Source: an uncultured Candidatus Rokubacteria bacterium (GTDB lineage: Bacteria; Methylomirabilota; Methylomirabilia; Rokubacteriales; CSP1-6). Taken from it: a stretch of 64,000 nucleotides of DNA. The notes under the pieces are model-generated. The model did no database searches and was not told where the DNA came from. It saw only the letters and a program-made list of their open reading frames with translations. Location: the NCBI GenBank assembly GCA_963754315.1, contig CAVWFS010000019.1, positions 352,001-416,000 of the forward strand. The letters run 5' to 3'. Made by a program: the position numbers and the translations under genes. Of the stretch, positions 39,136 to 59,352 are shown in pieces (positions within the stretch are counted from its first letter, which is position 1; every line of letters begins with the position of its first letter).

Positions 39136-39960
39136 CTACTTAGACCGCCGGGTCACGATGTTTCGGTCGGACGGTCGGGCCCCGCGTCGGGTCTTGTAGC
39201 CCTTGGTGGGCTTCCCCCACGGCGTCTTGGGGTGATTTCCCTTGCCCTTACCCTCGCCGCCACCCATCGGATGGTCCACCGGATTCATCACCGTCCCGCG
39301 CACGGTGGGCCGGAAGCCCTGCCAGCGTACGCGGCCTGCTTTGCCGACAGAGACGTTTTCGTGATCGAGATTTCCCACCTGCCCCACGGTGGCCATGCAC
39401 GCCACCGACACCAGCCGCACCTCGCCCGACGGGAGCTTGAGGGTAGCCCGCTCACCCTCCTTGGCCAGAAGCTGCGCCTGAGCCCCTGCGCTCCGGCACA
39501 TCTGCGCCCCCCGCCCCGGCTGCAGTTCGACGTTGTGCACCATCGTTCCCATGGGAATGTTCTTGAGAGGCAGCGCATTGCCGGGGAGGATGTCCGCCTG
39601 CGGCCCCGACATGACGGTGTCCCCCACCTTCAGCCCGAGGGGGGCTACGATGTAGCGCTTCTCGCCGTCGCGATAGAAGAGAAGTGCCAGACGCGCCGAA
39701 CGGTTCGGATCGTACTCGATGGCGGCCACCCGAGCCGGGATGCCGTACTTTTCGCGGCGGAAGTCTACCTGGCGCAGCATGCGCTTGGCCCCACCCCCGC
39801 GGTGCCGCACGGTGATGCGCCCCGCCGAGTTGCGACCATTGGTGCGCCGCTTGGGCGAGAGCAAGGCCTTCTCTGGCGTCGTCTTGGTGATCTCGTCGTA
39901 GGTGACGTAGGTGAGATAGCGCCGCGCGGGCGATGTCGGTTTGACCGTTCGGATGGCCAT
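39136..39960 (-). CDS. rplB: 50S ribosomal protein L2
   Basis: IEYDPNRSA and [13 protein letters not shown]. Confidence 0.98.
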   Translation of the reverse strand: MAIRTVKPTSPARRYLTYVTYDEITKTTPEKALLSPKRRTNGRNSAGRITVRHRGGGAKRMLRQVDFRREKYGIPARVAAIEYDPNRSARLALLFYRDGEKRYIVAPLGLKVGDTVMSGPQADILPGNALPLKNIPMGTMVHNVELQPGRGAQMCRSAGAQAQLLAKEGERATLKLPSGEVRLVSVACMATVGQVGNLDHENVSVGKAGRVRWQGFRPTVRGTVMNPVDHPMGGGEGKGKGNHPKTPWGKPTKGYKTRRGARPSDRNIVTRRSK

Positions 39961-39963
39961 GGC

Positions 39964-40257
39964 TCAGGCCCCCTCCACGAGATCGATCTTGTGCCCGGGG
40001 GCGAGCTTGACCAAGGCCTTCTTCCAGTCACGCCGGCGACCCTGGAAGCGGCCCATCCGCTTCAGCTTGCCCTCGAAGGAGGCGGTGCGGACGGAGGCGA
40101 CCTTCACGCTGAACACCGTTTCGACGGCCGTCCGGATCTCCACCTTGTTGGCGTCGGGTCGGACCTGAAAGGCGACGACGTTCTGCTCTTCCTTGAGGCG
40201 CATGTGTTTCTCGGTCATGAGAGGCCGCAGCACGATCTGGCGGACGTCTCGACTCAT
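39964..40257 (-). CDS. rplW: 50S ribosomal protein L23
   Basis: PLMTEK, ANKVEI and WKKALVKL. Confidence 0.97.
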   Translation of the reverse strand: MSRDVRQIVLRPLMTEKHMRLKEEQNVVAFQVRPDANKVEIRTAVETVFSVKVASVRTASFEGKLKRMGRFQGRRRDWKKALVKLAPGHKIDLVEGA

Positions 40258-40883
40258 GGAGTCAGCGCCTCCTCGAGCGCTAGGAGCGCCGCGCGCTCGA
40301 TGACGATCCGCCGTGCGCGAAGCAGCTGATAGACCGAGACATGCGACGGAGGCTCCACGGTGAGCCACGGCACGTTCCGAGCAGCCCGCCGCACTGGTTC
40401 CTCGAGCGAGGCCACCACGAGCAGGGTCGACTGACCGGCCACGCCAAGAGCAGCCAGGCGTGTCACGAGAGCCTTGGTCTTGCCGTCGATGCCCTCCAGT
40501 GTCTCCACAGCAATCAGCTCACCGGCACCGATCTTGGCCGCCACCGCCGCGCGCAGCGCCTCGCGTCGCATGGCGCGGGGCAACGCCTTGGCATAGCTGC
40601 GCGGGGTGGGCCCGAACGGCTTTCCCCCGCCCTTCCACTGGGTGGCCCGGATCGAGCCCTGACGAGCCCTGCCTGTCCCCTTCTGTCGCCACGGCTTCTT
40701 GCCACCGCCGGAAACCTCGCTTCGCCCTTTGGTGTCGTGGGTGCCGGCGCGGCGGTCGGCCAGCTCGCGCTCCACAGACTGGTGAAGGAGGGGGACGCGA
40801 ATCTCGACCCCGAACACCTCGGGCCGGAGCTCTACCGTACCCGCGGGCGCCCCTTCTCTGCTCATCACGTTGACGGTCGGCAT
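40254..40883 (-). CDS. rplD: 50S ribosomal protein L4
   Basis: [15 protein letters not shown]. Confidence 0.98.
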   Translation of the reverse strand: MPTVNVMSREGAPAGTVELRPEVFGVEIRVPLLHQSVERELADRRAGTHDTKGRSEVSGGGKKPWRQKGTGRARQGSIRATQWKGGGKPFGPTPRSYAKALPRAMRREALRAAVAAKIGAGELIAVETLEGIDGKTKALVTRLAALGVAGQSTLLVVASLEEPVRRAARNVPWLTVEPPSHVSVYQLLRARRIVIERAALLALEEALTP

Positions 40884-40887
40884 ATGC

Positions 40888-41562
40888 TTACTTTTTCTCC
40901 GCAGCCTTTTGCTGCGCCTTGCTCAGCTTGACGCTCTTGCGCACAAGGACCATCGATCCGTTGGCTCCGGGGACGGCCCCGCGCACGAGCAGCAGATTCT
41001 GCTCAGGCATCACGCGAGCCACACTCACGTTCAAGACCGTGCGCCGGTCGCCCCCCATCCGACCGGGCAGATGATGTCCCGGCCAGACACGCGACGGATC
41101 GGAGGAGGCGCCGATGGATCCGGGAGCACGGTGGAACATGGAGCCGTGGGAGGCCTCACCGCCTGACCAGCCGTGACGCTTGACGCCGCCCTGGAAGCCG
41201 CGGCCCTTGGTCACGCCGACCACATCGACCAGCTCGCCCGGGGTGAACACATCGACCGTGATGACCTGGCCCACGCTGTACCCCTGGACCTTTTCCGTCT
41301 TCTCCAGACGCACCTCGCGGAGGACCCGCAACGGGGACACATTCGCTTTCTTGAAGAAGCCCGCCTCCGGCTTCGACACGTTCTTCCGTTTGGCGCCGAA
41401 GCCCAGCTGGAGCGCGTCGTAGCCGTGACTGTCCTTGGTGCGGATGCCGACCACCGTGCATGGCCCGGCCTCGATCACGGTCACCGGCACGTGGTTGCCG
41501 TCGTCCCCGAAGATCTGGGTCATCCCGACCTTCCGACCAATGAGCCCTTCCTTCTTGGCCAT
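40888..41562 (-). CDS. rplC: 50S ribosomal protein L3
   Basis: KVGMTQ, KGRGFQG and HRAPGSIG. Confidence 0.98.
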   Translation of the reverse strand: MAKKEGLIGRKVGMTQIFGDDGNHVPVTVIEAGPCTVVGIRTKDSHGYDALQLGFGAKRKNVSKPEAGFFKKANVSPLRVLREVRLEKTEKVQGYSVGQVITVDVFTPGELVDVVGVTKGRGFQGGVKRHGWSGGEASHGSMFHRAPGSIGASSDPSRVWPGHHLPGRMGGDRRTVLNVSVARVMPEQNLLLVRGAVPGANGSMVLVRKSVKLSKAQQKAAEKK

Positions 41563-41573
41563 GATCTGCCGCC

Positions 41574-41894
41574 CTAGAGCTTGATCTCGACGTCGACGCC
41601 GGCCGGAAGATCCAGCTTCATGAGGGCGTCGACGGTCTGCGGCGTTGGATCGACGATGTCGAGCAGGCGTTTGTGGGTGCGCATCTCGAATTGCTCGCGG
41701 GACGTCTTGTCGACGTGAGGACTACGGAGCACTGTCCAGCGGTTGATCACGGTCGGCAGCAGCACGGGACCCGCCACCCGGGCGCCCGTCCGACGCACGG
41801 TCTCCACGATCTCCTTGACCGAACGATCGAGCAGATGATGGTCGTAGGCCTTGAGACGGATACGGATTTTCTGATCGGCGGTCACGGTGGCCAT
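41574..41894 (-). CDS. rpsJ: 30S ribosomal protein S10
   Basis: [16 protein letters not shown] and GVDVEIKL. Confidence 0.98.
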   Translation of the reverse strand: MATVTADQKIRIRLKAYDHHLLDRSVKEIVETVRRTGARVAGPVLLPTVINRWTVLRSPHVDKTSREQFEMRTHKRLLDIVDPTPQTVDALMKLDLPAGVDVEIKL

Positions 41895-41897
41895 CGT

Positions 41898-43092
<1,195 letters not shown>

Positions 43093-43119
43093 GGCCTCTG
43101 CTCCTTCGATTCCTCGTGC

Positions 43120-45229
<2,110 letters not shown>

Positions 45230-45311
45230 GTCTGTCCTCTTCTTTCCTGCTCATCAAGCGCTGCGTCCGAAACCCGCGAGGGCGGTGTCCGGAACGAGCG
45301 CCTCGGGCTTG

Positions 45312-45779
45312 CTACCAGCGATAATGGGCGAACGCCTTGTTCGCCTCCGCCATCTTGTGGGTGTCCTCGCGCTTCTTCACCGCGGAGCCGCGGTTGTTGG
45401 CGGCGTCCAGCAGTTCGGCGGCGAGCTTGTCGGCCATGCTGCGTTCGGGACGGCGGCGGGCGGCCCCGATCACCCATCGCATGGCCAGCGATGTCCGACG
45501 GTCGGGGCGGACCTCCACGGGCACCTGGTACGTGGAGCCGCCGACTCGCCTCGACTTCACCTCGACGGCGGGTTTCACGTTGTCGATGGCCGTCTTGAAC
45601 ATCTTGAGCGCTTCCTGCTTGGTACGGTCCTCCACCGACGACATGGCAACGTACATGATGCGCTCGGCCACCGACTTCTTGCCCCGGATCATCATGATGT
45701 TCACGAACTTGGCGACGAGACGACTGCCGTACTTCGGGTCGGGCAACACCTCGCGCTTGGCCGCCCCTGCCCGCCGCAT
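45312..45779 (-). CDS. rpsG: 30S ribosomal protein S7
   Basis: [12 protein letters not shown] and [13 protein letters not shown]. Confidence 0.98.
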   Translation of the reverse strand: MRRAGAAKREVLPDPKYGSRLVAKFVNIMMIRGKKSVAERIMYVAMSSVEDRTKQEALKMFKTAIDNVKPAVEVKSRRVGGSTYQVPVEVRPDRRTSLAMRWVIGAARRRPERSMADKLAAELLDAANNRGSAVKKREDTHKMAEANKAFAHYRW

Positions 45780-45782
45780 CGC

Positions 45783-46163
45783 CTACGCCCCACCCTTCGG
45801 CGTCTTCATGCCGTACTTGGAGCGACTTTGCTTCCGATTGGCCACGCCCGCCGTGTCCAGAGTGCCCCGGATGATGTGATAGCGAACGCCGGGCAGATCC
45901 TTCACGCGCCCGCCACGAATCATGACGATCGAGTGTTCCTGGAGGTTGTGACCGACGCCGGGGATGTATGAGGTGACCTCGAGGCCGTTGGTGAGCCGGA
46001 CACGCGCCACCTTGCGAAGGGCCGAGTTCGGCTTCTTGGGTGTCGTCGTGTAGACGCGGATGCAGACGCCCCGCTTCTGCGGACACGCTTGCATGGCCGG
46101 CGTCTTCGATTTCTTGCGCACGGCTTCCCGACCCTGGCGAACGAGCTGATTAATCGTCGGCAT
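45783..46163 (-). CDS. rpsL: 30S ribosomal protein S12
   Basis: [17 protein letters not shown] and GGRVKDLPG. Confidence 0.99.
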   Translation of the reverse strand: MPTINQLVRQGREAVRKKSKTPAMQACPQKRGVCIRVYTTTPKKPNSALRKVARVRLTNGLEVTSYIPGVGHNLQEHSIVMIRGGRVKDLPGVRYHIIRGTLDTAGVANRKQSRSKYGMKTPKGGA

Positions 46164-46201
46164 AGTTCTCCATCACCCGGTAACAGCGACAAAACCCTAA
46201 C

Positions 46202-46230
46202 TTTATACCTGAAAAGGCCCTACCTGTCAA
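46202..46230 (-). promoter_or_regulatory. Sigma70 promoter of the str operon
   Basis: Minus strand TTGACA-17 nt-TATAAA. Confidence 0.85.
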
Positions 46231-46231
46231 T

Positions 46232-46267
46232 GTGACGTGGGGGAGCGGTGCCACTCCCCCACGTCAC
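46232..46267 (-). terminator. 14-bp perfect hairpin after rpoC
   Basis: GTGACGTGGGGGAG pairs with CTCCCCCACGTCAC; no U-tract. Confidence 0.55.
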
Positions 46268-46287
46268 CGTCCTAGCCGGTTACTCTC

Positions 46288-50520
<4,233 letters not shown>

Positions 50521-50532
50521 TCACACTCTCCT

Positions 50533-50596
50533 TTGTAACGAAGACGCCAGACCAGTTCGAATCGCAGGTGGGCTGTTCGAGGCGCGCGTGGCTGCG
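50533..50596. repeat. Dispersed relative of the ispD-ispF 65-bp unit (family B)
   Basis: 50567-50596 matches 62749-62778 at 28 of 30 nt. Confidence 0.75.
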
Positions 50597-50645
50597 TCGC
50601 GCCCGTTCCTTGCCCGTGGTACGCCGTCACCGCTGTGTCTTGTTT

Positions 50646-53600
50646 TCACGATGCCTTTTTCCCGTTCTTCATGACAAGCTCGACATCGAGGGCCAGACTT
50701 TGGAGCTCTTTCACCAGCACGTTGAAGGACTCCGGCGTGCCCGGCTCGAGGAAGTTCTCGCCCTTGACGATGGCCTCGTAGATCCGGTTTCGGCCCTCCA
50801 CGTCGTCGGATTTCACGGTGAGCATCTCTTGCAGGGTATGGGCGGCGCCGTACGCCTCCAGCGCCCACACCTCCATCTCGCCGAAGCGCTGCCCGCCAAA
50901 CTGCGCCTTGCCGCCCAGCGGTTGCTGGGTGACCAGGGAATAGGGGCCGATGGATCGCGCGTGCATCTTGTCGTCGACCAGGTGGGCCAGTTTCAAGATG
51001 TAGATCTGGCCGACGGTGACCTCCTGGTGAAAACGCTTGCCGCTGCGGCCGTCGTAGAGCACGGTCTTCCCCGACGTCGGCAGCTTGGCCTGTTGCAAGT
51101 GCTCCTTGATCTCGCCCTCGGTGGCGCCGTCGAAGACGGGGCTGGCCACCCACAGACCGAGAGCCTTGGCCGCCCATCCCAGATGGGTCTCGAGGATTTG
51201 TCCCACGTTCATGCGCGAGGGAACGCCCAGTGGATTGAGCACGATCTCAACCGGCGTCCCGTCCGCCAGGTAGGGCATGTCCTCCTCGGGAAGGACCTTG
51301 GCCACCACCCCCTTGTTCCCGTGGCGGCCTGCCATCTTGTCACCGACAGACAGCTTGCGCTTCACCGCCACGTACACCTTCACCATCTTGATGACACCCG
51401 GCGGGAGGTCGTCGCCCCGACGTAAGCGGCCGATGCGCTCCTCCAGCATGGTATCGAAGAGGGCGATTTGCTCCTCGGCCAGCTCCTCGATGCGCCGGAT
51501 GGTCTGGGAGAGCCCCTCGTCTTCCTTGATCTTGATCTTTTTGAGATCGTTCCAGCCGAGGTTCTCGAGCTGTCCCCGCTCGATTCGATCGCCCTTCTTG
51601 CCGAGCCGGTTCTGCTTGGCCGTCGGATCGAACAGATCGACCACTAAGGACTTGCCGACCAGGAGGTTCTTCAGCTTCTGGTCGCGCTCCATCTCCACCA
51701 TGGCGATCTCGTCCTGGTAGTCCTTCTCCAGTCGCCCGACTTCCTCCTCCTCGATGGACTTGGCGCGCTCGTCCTTGTCCACCCCGCGCCGCGAGAAGAC
51801 TTTGACGTCCACCACCGTCCCCTCGATCCCGGGGGGCACGGTAAGAGAGGTGTCGCGAACGTCGCCTGCCTTCTCCCCGAAGATGGCGCGCAAGAGCTTT
51901 TCTTCCGGCGTGAGCTGCGTCTCTCCCTTGGGGGTGATCTTGCCGACCATGATGTCGCCGGGCTTGAGCTTGGCCCCGATGCGGACGATGCCGGAGTCGT
52001 CGAGGTCCTTGAGCGCCTCCTCCGACACGTTGGGGATGTCGCGGGTGATCTCCTCCTTGCCCAGCTTGGTGTCACGGGCCTGGATCTCGAACTCCTCGAT
52101 GTGGATGGAGGTGAAGCGGTCCTCTTTGATCAGCCGCTCCGAGACGAGGATCGCGTCCTCGAAGTTGTAGCCGCCCCACGGCATGAAGGCCACCAGCACG
52201 TTCCGACCGAGGGCCAACTCGCCCTGATCGGTGCCGGGGCCATCGGCGATGACGTCACCGGACTGCAGGCGTTGCCCCTTCTTCACGATGGGCTTCTGGT
52301 TGATGCACGTGTTCTGATTCGAGCGGCGATACTTGGTGAGGTTGTAGATGTCCAGGGGAAGATCCTGGACGGGATCGGCCTTCTTGGAACGGCTCTCCGC
52401 CCGCACCACGATACGGTCGGCCGAGACATACTCCACCACCCCGGGCCGCTTGGCCACCATGACCGCTCCCGAATCGCGGGCTACGATGTGCTCCATGCCG
52501 GTGCCGACCAGGGGAGCCTCCGGTTGCAGGAGAGGCACCGCCTGCCGCTGCATGTTGGAGCCCATGAGCGCTCGATTGGCGTCGTCGTTCTCCAGGAACG
52601 AGATGAGGGAGGCCGCCACCGAGACGAGCTGTTTGGGGGACACGTCCATGAAATGAACGTCCTCCGGCACCACCATCCGGAACTCACCGCTCCGGCGGGC
52701 CGAGATACGTTCCTGCACGAAGCGGCCCGTGCGATCGATTTCCGCGTTAGCTTGAGCGATGGTGAACTGTTCCTCCTCCAGGGCCGTCAGGAAGACGATC
52801 TCGTCCGTCACGCGCCCGCCCACCACCTTGCGGTACGGCGTTTCGATGAAGCCGAACTCGTTGGTGCGTGCGTAGGTAGAGAGCGAGGAGATGAGCCCGA
52901 TGTTGGGGCCTTCCGGCGTCTCGATGGGACAGATACGCCCGTAATGGGTAGGGTGCACGTCGCGCACCTCGAACCCAGCCCGCTCCCGGCTCAATCCGCG
53001 GGGGCCAAGGGCCGACAGCCGCCGCTTGTGGGTCAGCTCGGCCAGGGGGTTGGTCTGGTCCATGAACTGGGAGAGCTGAGAGGATCCGAAGAATTCCTTC
53101 ACCACCGCCGACACCGGCTTGGCATTGATGAGGTCGTGCGGCATGAGATTTTGGATGTCCGAGATGGACATCCGTTCCTTGACCGCCCGCTCCATGCGGG
53201 TCAGACCCACCCGGAACTGGTTCTCGAGCAGCTCACCGACCGAGCGTACGCGTCGGTTGCCCAGATGGTCGATGTCGTCGGTGGGCTTGCTGCCGAGCTT
53301 CACCATCATGAGGTGGCGGATGATGGCCACCACGTCCTCGCCGCGCAGGGTGCGCAGATGGGCGGGGGCATCGATGAGGAGCTTCTTGTTGATCATGAAG
53401 CGTCCCACCCGGGCCAGATCGTAGCGGCGAGGGTCGATGAACATTCCCCGGAAGAGGGTCCGTGCCGATTCCACGGTGGGCGGGTCGCCCGGGCGGAGCT
53501 TCTTGTAGATTTCCACCAGCGCCTCGTCCGGATTTTTGACGTGATCGCGGGTCAGCGTCTCCAAGATGGACGCGTCCATCTTCCCCGGGGTGAGGACGAG

Positions 53601-54653
53601 CAGCTTGAAGGCCGCCACCCGGCGGCTCATGATCTGCTGGAGCACCGCCGAAGTGATCTCGGTGTTGGTCTCCACCAGGACCTCGCCGCTGTCGGTGTCG
53701 ACGATGCGGTTGGCCGTCCGGCGGCCCACCAGCGACTCTGCGCGCACGGGAATCTTCTCGATCCCCGCCTCCACCAGCTTCTCGATCAGCTTGCTGGTGA
53801 GGGGTTTGCCGGCCTGAGCGATGGGCTCGCGATGCCGCGGGGGGCGCACGTCGTCGGCGAGCTTGGCGCCCACGTGGGCCTCCGGGTGGAGTTTCACCCA
53901 GGCCGTCCCCTCCTCGAAGGAGAAGACGTCCTCGCGATCGTAGAACTGGGCCAGGATCTCGTCGTCGGAGAGGATGACTCCTTTCTCCAGAAACCAGAAG
54001 GCACGCAGAAAGGCGGTGGCGTGCATCTTACGGCGGCGGTCCACCCGCACGTGGAGTAGCTCGTTGGCATCGAAATCGAACTCTACCCACGACCCACGAT
54101 AGGGGATGACCCGCGCCGAGAACAGCGCCCGCCCGGATGCGAGGGTCTTGCCCTTGTCATCATCGAAGAAGACACCGGCCGAGCGCTGGAGCTGGCTCAC
54201 CACCACGCGCTCCGTCCCGTTGATGATGAAGGTGCCCTTGTCGGTCATGAGCGGCAACTCGCCGAGGTACACCTCCTGGCCGCGCTGCTCGCGGATGGCC
54301 TTGGTCTTCGACTCCTTGTCCTGGTCGTAGACCACCAGGCGCAGGGTCACCTTGAGGGGGATGGCAAACGTCATTCCCCGATCGTGGCACTCCTCCACCG
54401 TGTATTTGGGATCGCCGAAGTGGTAGGAGTCGAACTCGAGGCGGGCGTTGCCGTTGTAATCTTCGATGGGAAAGACCGACTTGAAGACTCCCTGCAGACC
54501 GGCCTCCTCCCGCCGTTCCGACGGGATGTCCTTCTGGAGAAACGCTTCGTACGAGCGCTTCTGAACCTCGATGAGATTCGGAATCTCGACGATAGACGGG
54601 ATCTTGCCAAAGTCCTTGCGGACCCGACGCCCGCACTGAATCGTGCCTGCCAT
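50646..54653 (-). CDS. rpoB: RNA polymerase beta subunit
   Basis: [24 protein letters not shown] and GGQRFGEME. Confidence 0.99.
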   Translation of the reverse strand: MAGTIQCGRRVRKDFGKIPSIVEIPNLIEVQKRSYEAFLQKDIPSERREEAGLQGVFKSVFPIEDYNGNARLEFDSYHFGDPKYTVEECHDRGMTFAIPLKVTLRLVVYDQDKESKTKAIREQRGQEVYLGELPLMTDKGTFIINGTERVVVSQLQRSAGVFFDDDKGKTLASGRALFSARVIPYRGSWVEFDFDANELLHVRVDRRRKMHATAFLRAFWFLEKGVILSDDEILAQFYDREDVFSFEEGTAWVKLHPEAHVGAKLADDVRPPRHREPIAQAGKPLTSKLIEKLVEAGIEKIPVRAESLVGRRTANRIVDTDSGEVLVETNTEITSAVLQQIMSRRVAAFKLLVLTPGKMDASILETLTRDHVKNPDEALVEIYKKLRPGDPPTVESARTLFRGMFIDPRRYDLARVGRFMINKKLLIDAPAHLRTLRGEDVVAIIRHLMMVKLGSKPTDDIDHLGNRRVRSVGELLENQFRVGLTRMERAVKERMSISDIQNLMPHDLINAKPVSAVVKEFFGSSQLSQFMDQTNPLAELTHKRRLSALGPRGLSRERAGFEVRDVHPTHYGRICPIETPEGPNIGLISSLSTYARTNEFGFIETPYRKVVGGRVTDEIVFLTALEEEQFTIAQANAEIDRTGRFVQERISARRSGEFRMVVPEDVHFMDVSPKQLVSVAASLISFLENDDANRALMGSNMQRQAVPLLQPEAPLVGTGMEHIVARDSGAVMVAKRPGVVEYVSADRIVVRAESRSKKADPVQDLPLDIYNLTKYRRSNQNTCINQKPIVKKGQRLQSGDVIADGPGTDQGELALGRNVLVAFMPWGGYNFEDAILVSERLIKEDRFTSIHIEEFEIQARDTKLGKEEITRDIPNVSEEALKDLDDSGIVRIGAKLKPGDIMVGKITPKGETQLTPEEKLLRAIFGEKAGDVRDTSLTVPPGIEGTVVDVKVFSRRGVDKDERAKSIEEEEVGRLEKDYQDEIAMVEMERDQKLKNLLVGKSLVVDLFDPTAKQNRLGKKGDRIERGQLENLGWNDLKKIKIKEDEGLSQTIRRIEELAEEQIALFDTMLEERIGRLRRGDDLPPGVIKMVKVYVAVKRKLSVGDKMAGRHGNKGVVAKVLPEEDMPYLADGTPVEIVLNPLGVPSRMNVGQILETHLGWAAKALGLWVASPVFDGATEGEIKEHLQQAKLPTSGKTVLYDGRSGKRFHQEVTVGQIYILKLAHLVDDKMHARSIGPYSLVTQQPLGGKAQFGGQRFGEMEVWALEAYGAAHTLQEMLTVKSDDVEGRNRIYEAIVKGENFLEPGTPESFNVLVKELQSLALDVELVMKNGKKAS

Positions 54654-54670
54654 ATAGTCTCCTTGATCAA

Positions 54671-54752
54671 CGTCGGGGGGAGCGACCGCCGCTCCTCCCC
54701 GACACCCCCCACCGGTTCAGGCGCGACGGGAACTTCCCTCCGCTCTGAACCC
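54671..54752. repeat. REP-like module between rplL and rpoB
   Basis: 54671-54712 matches 36887-36928 at 41 of 42 nt, followed by a GGTTCAG...CTGAACC hairpin. Confidence 0.9.
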
Positions 54753-54780
54753 CCCGGCCGAGTCGTAGAAGCTTCGCCGA

Positions 54781-55158
54781 CTATTTCACCTGGACGGCGG
54801 CGCCCTGCTCCTCCAGCTTCTTCTTTATGTCCTCCGCCTCGGCCTTGGTCACCTTTTCCTTGACCGCCTTGGGGGCGCCGTCCACGAGATCCTTGGCCTC
54901 CTTGAGGCCGAGCCCGGTCAGCTCGCGAACGACCTTGATGACCTGAATCTTCTTGTCGCCCGTCGCCGACAGGACGACGTCGAACTCCGTCTGCTCCTCG
55001 GCCACCGGCGCCGCCGCTCCCGGCGCCGCTGCCGCCGCCATGGCGACCGGAGCCGCCGCCGACACCCCCCACATCTCCTGGAGTAGCTTGGAGAGCTGGG
55101 CCGCTTCGCGCAGGCTCAGCTGGTTGAGTTGTTCCGCAATCTCCTCGACGGTTGCCAT
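54781..55158 (-). CDS. rplL: 50S ribosomal protein L7/L12
   Basis: EEQTEFDV and [18 protein letters not shown]. Confidence 0.98.
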   Translation of the reverse strand: MATVEEIAEQLNQLSLREAAQLSKLLQEMWGVSAAAPVAMAAAAAPGAAAPVAEEQTEFDVVLSATGDKKIQVIKVVRELTGLGLKEAKDLVDGAPKAVKEKVTKAEAEDIKKKLEEQGAAVQVK

Positions 55159-55182
55159 GCTACCGACTCCTTTCTGTTGGTT

Positions 55183-55707
55183 CTACGCCGTTTCGGCGGC
55201 CGCCTGGCCGCGTTGGTCCAAGACGTACGCGAGGTCACGTTGTACGCGCTCGAAGAGGCCCACCAGTTGAGCGTGGGGCCCCTGGATGGCGCCTACCAGT
55301 TGGCCGCGCAGGGCCGCTCGGGATGGGAGGTCCGCCAAGGCCTTCAGCTCATCGGGGCTCAGAACCTGGCCGTCCACGATGCCCGCCTTCACGGTGAGGG
55401 CCGGAACGATGCGGGTGAAGGTCTGCAGGGCCTTGGCCACTGCCACCGGTTCGTCGCGCGCGATGATGAACCCGGTGGGACCGGTCAAGTGCGGCGTGAT
55501 GCCGGCCAAGCCCGACGAGGACACGGCAAGGCGGGCGAGGCGATTCTTCACCACCTTGTACTCCGCCGACACCGCTCGCAGTTGCTTGCGCAGTTCGGAC
55601 AGCTGTTGCACGGTCAGCCCCCGGTACTCGGTCAGGAACACCGAGCTGATTCCGGCGAGCCGCGTCCTGAACTCCTCGACCGTCTCCACCTTCGCTTGCG
55701 TCGGCAC
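55183..55707 (-). CDS. rplJ: 50S ribosomal protein L10
   Basis: YRGLTV, VVKNRL and LADLPSR. Confidence 0.96.
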   Translation of the reverse strand: MPTQAKVETVEEFRTRLAGISSVFLTEYRGLTVQQLSELRKQLRAVSAEYKVVKNRLARLAVSSSGLAGITPHLTGPTGFIIARDEPVAVAKALQTFTRIVPALTVKAGIVDGQVLSPDELKALADLPSRAALRGQLVGAIQGPHAQLVGLFERVQRDLAYVLDQRGQAAAETA

Positions 55708-55730
55708 GGTTTCGCTCCTCGCTGGTCGCC

Positions 55731-56438
55731 TTACTTCTTGTACTGGTTGGTGATCCGTTGCGCGTCAACCTTGATCCCCGGCCCCATGGTGGTGGACAGG
55801 GTCAGTGACCGAAGATACGTTCCCTTGGACGCCGCCGGCTTGGCGCGCATGATCGACTCGATGACGGCCAGGGCATTGGCCGTGAGCTGTTCGGCGCTGA
55901 ACGACCGCTTCCCCACCGGTGTATGGATGTTACCGGCCTTATCGACCCGGTACTCGACCTTGCCCGCCTTGGCCTCCCGCACGGCTCGCCCCACATCAAA
56001 GGTGACGGTGCCCAGCTTCGGGTTCGGCATGAGACCGCGCGGTCCGAGGACTTTTCCGAGCCGACCGACCTGCCCCATGAGGTCGGGGGTGGCGATGGTG
56101 GTGTCGAACTCCATCCACCCTCCCTGGATCCGCTCCACGAGATCGTCGGCCCCGATGACATCGGCGCCGGCCTCGCGCGCCTCACGCTCCTTCTCGCCCC
56201 GCGCGAAGACAGCCACCCGCACCGTCCGCCCACGGCCATGGGGGAGCACCACCGCTCCTCGTACCATCTGGTCGGCGTGCTTGGGATCCACACCGAGCCT
56301 GAAGGACAGATCTACCGACTCGTCGAATTTGGCGCGCGGGATCTCCTCCAACAGGGCGATCGCCTCTTCCACCCCGTACTCGCCCTCACCCACCTTGGCC
56401 GCTGCTGCATCGTAGCGCTTGCTCACCGTCGTCGCCAT
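55731..56438 (-). CDS. rplA: 50S ribosomal protein L1
   Basis: [18 protein letters not shown] and STTMGPG. Confidence 0.98.
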   Translation of the reverse strand: MATTVSKRYDAAAAKVGEGEYGVEEAIALLEEIPRAKFDESVDLSFRLGVDPKHADQMVRGAVVLPHGRGRTVRVAVFARGEKEREAREAGADVIGADDLVERIQGGWMEFDTTIATPDLMGQVGRLGKVLGPRGLMPNPKLGTVTFDVGRAVREAKAGKVEYRVDKAGNIHTPVGKRSFSAEQLTANALAVIESIMRAKPAASKGTYLRSLTLSTTMGPGIKVDAQRITNQYKK

Positions 56439-56466
56439 CGTTGCTCTCTCCCTTGACCGTGTGGCC

Positions 56467-56889
56467 TCAGACCACCTCGATGCCCATGCTGCGGGCGGTG
56501 CCCTCGATAATGCGCATCGCGGCGTCGACCGTGTCGGTGTTGAGGTCAACGAGCTTTTGTTGCGCGATCTCGCGGACCTGCTGCTTGCTCACCTTGCCGA
56601 TCTTGTCCCGGTGAGGCACCGCCGAGGCCTTGGCGATGCCGGCGGCTCGCTTGAGCAGCACAGCGGCCGGTGGCGTCTTGATCACGAAGGTGAACGATCG
56701 GTCCTGATATATCGTGACGACCACGGGCAGGATGAGTCCATCCTGACCGTTAGTCTGGGCATTGAAGCCCTTGCAGAACTCCATGATGTTGACGCCGTGC
56801 TGACCGAGGGCGGGACCCACCGGCGGCGAGGGGTTGGCCTTGCCAGCCGGAATTTGCAGCTTGACCATCGCCTGAACTTTCTTGGCCAT
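56467..56889 (-). CDS. rplK: 50S ribosomal protein L11
   Basis: PPVGPALG and GTARSMG. Confidence 0.98.
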   Translation of the reverse strand: MAKKVQAMVKLQIPAGKANPSPPVGPALGQHGVNIMEFCKGFNAQTNGQDGLILPVVVTIYQDRSFTFVIKTPPAAVLLKRAAGIAKASAVPHRDKIGKVSKQQVREIAQQKLVDLNTDTVDAAMRIIEGTARSMGIEVV

Positions 56890-56891
56890 CG

Positions 56892-57440
56892 CTAGAGTCG
56901 CTCCACCTGGTAGTACTCGAGTTCCACCGACGTGGGCCGACCGAACACGGGCACCACGACTTTCATGCGGCCGCGCTCGGGATTCATGTCGTCGACCACT
57001 CCCTGGAAGTTGACGAAGGGCCCGTCGATGACGCGCACCTTATCGCCGCGCTGGAACACCGACTTGGGCTTGGGCTTCTCGGCCCCGGCCTCCATCTGAC
57101 GCAGGATCTCGTCCACCTGATCGGGCTCGAGCGCCACCGGCTTGGTTCCCGAGCCCACGAAGCCGGTGACCTTGGGGGTGGAACGCACGAGGTGCCAGGT
57201 GTCGTCGGCCAGTTCCATCTCCACCAGGACGTACCCGGGAAAGAACTTCTGTTCGCTCTCGCGCTTCTGCTTGTTACGGACCTCTACCACCTTTTCGGTG
57301 GGGACCAGCACCTTGGTGATCCGCTCGGTCATGCCGAAGATCTTGGCGCGCGAAAGGATCCCCTCCGCCACCTTGTTCTCGAACCCCGAGTACGTGTGGA
57401 CGACGAACCAGCGCCGGCTCGTCGCGGTTTGACTGCTCAT
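56892..57440 (-). CDS. nusG: Transcription factor NusG
   Basis: [18 protein letters not shown] and KOW domain. Confidence 0.97.
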   Translation of the reverse strand: MSSQTATSRRWFVVHTYSGFENKVAEGILSRAKIFGMTERITKVLVPTEKVVEVRNKQKRESEQKFFPGYVLVEMELADDTWHLVRSTPKVTGFVGSGTKPVALEPDQVDEILRQMEAGAEKPKPKSVFQRGDKVRVIDGPFVNFQGVVDDMNPERGRMKVVVPVFGRPTSVELEYYQVERL

Positions 57441-57628
57441 CGCAGGATCCTCTGCACCAGCTTCGACAGGCCGATGTCCACCGCGCCCAGGAAGAAGGCC
57501 ACGATCACGGTCAAGGCCAGCACCACCACCGTGGAATTGATCAGCTCCTGCCGGGTCGGCCAAGTCACCCGGCGGAATTCCAGGAGCACCTCCTGCACGA
57601 ATTCCCGCACGCGTGTCACGAAACCCAT
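57437..57628 (-). CDS. secE: Preprotein translocase SecE
   Basis: EFRRVTWPTRQE plus one transmembrane helix. Confidence 0.95.
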   Translation of the reverse strand: MGFVTRVREFVQEVLLEFRRVTWPTRQELINSTVVVLALTVIVAFFLGAVDIGLSKLVQRILR

Positions 57629-57666
57629 GCCTGCCTCAGCCTCGCCTCTTCCGCTCCGTAAGAGAA

Positions 57667-57743
57667 TGGCAGGGGTGGAGGGATTCGAACCCCCATCCCC
57701 CGGATTTGGAGTCCGGTGCTCTAGCCGTTAGAGCTACACCCCT
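57667..57743 (-). tRNA. tRNA-Trp (CCA)
   Basis: Cloverleaf; CCGGA-CTCCAAA-TCCGG anticodon arm, GTTCGAATCC and 3' CCA. Confidence 0.96.
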
Positions 57744-57793
57744 ACCTCGGGCAGCAGCCCGTTGGCCGCTCCCCAATCCACCGGTCCCAGCGC

Positions 57794-57943
57794 TCACTTC
57801 GTTTCGCGGTGGGGCGTGTGTTTGCGGCACCAGCGACAGAACTTCTTGAGCTCCAAACGGTCGGGATGCGTCCGCTTGTTCTTGGTCGTCGCGTAGTTCC
57901 GACGCTGACAACCGCTGCAGGCCAGGGTGATGATGTCGCGCAT
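57794..57943 (-). CDS. rpmG: 50S ribosomal protein L33 (zinc-binding form)
   Basis: Manual translation: [49 protein letters not shown]. Confidence 0.96.
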   Translation of the reverse strand: MRDIITLACSGCQRRNYATTKNKRTHPDRLELKKFCRWCRKHTPHRETK

Positions 57944-57947
57944 CGCG

Positions 57948-59141
<1,194 letters not shown>

Positions 59142-59190
59142 GGCTAGAACCTCCCGTACCTATTCACGCCGCCGTTCCTCAGTTCAGAAC

Positions 59191-59266
59191 TGGAGCCCAT
59201 GTCCGGGATTGAACCGGAGACCTCGCCCTTACCAAGGGCGTGCTCTGCCAACTGAGCTACATGGGC
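59191..59266 (-). tRNA. tRNA-Thr (GGT)
   Basis: Cloverleaf; anticodon loop TTGGTAA and 3' CCA. Confidence 0.96.
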
Positions 59267-59277
59267 AAGTGGAACCC

Positions 59278-59352
59278 TGGAGCGGGAAACGGGATTCGAA
59301 CCCGCGACCCCCAGCTTGGAAGGCTGGCGCTCTACCGCTGAGCTATTCCCGC
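59278..59352 (-). tRNA. tRNA-Gly (TCC)
   Basis: Cloverleaf; loop CTTCCAA and 3' CCA. Confidence 0.96.
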
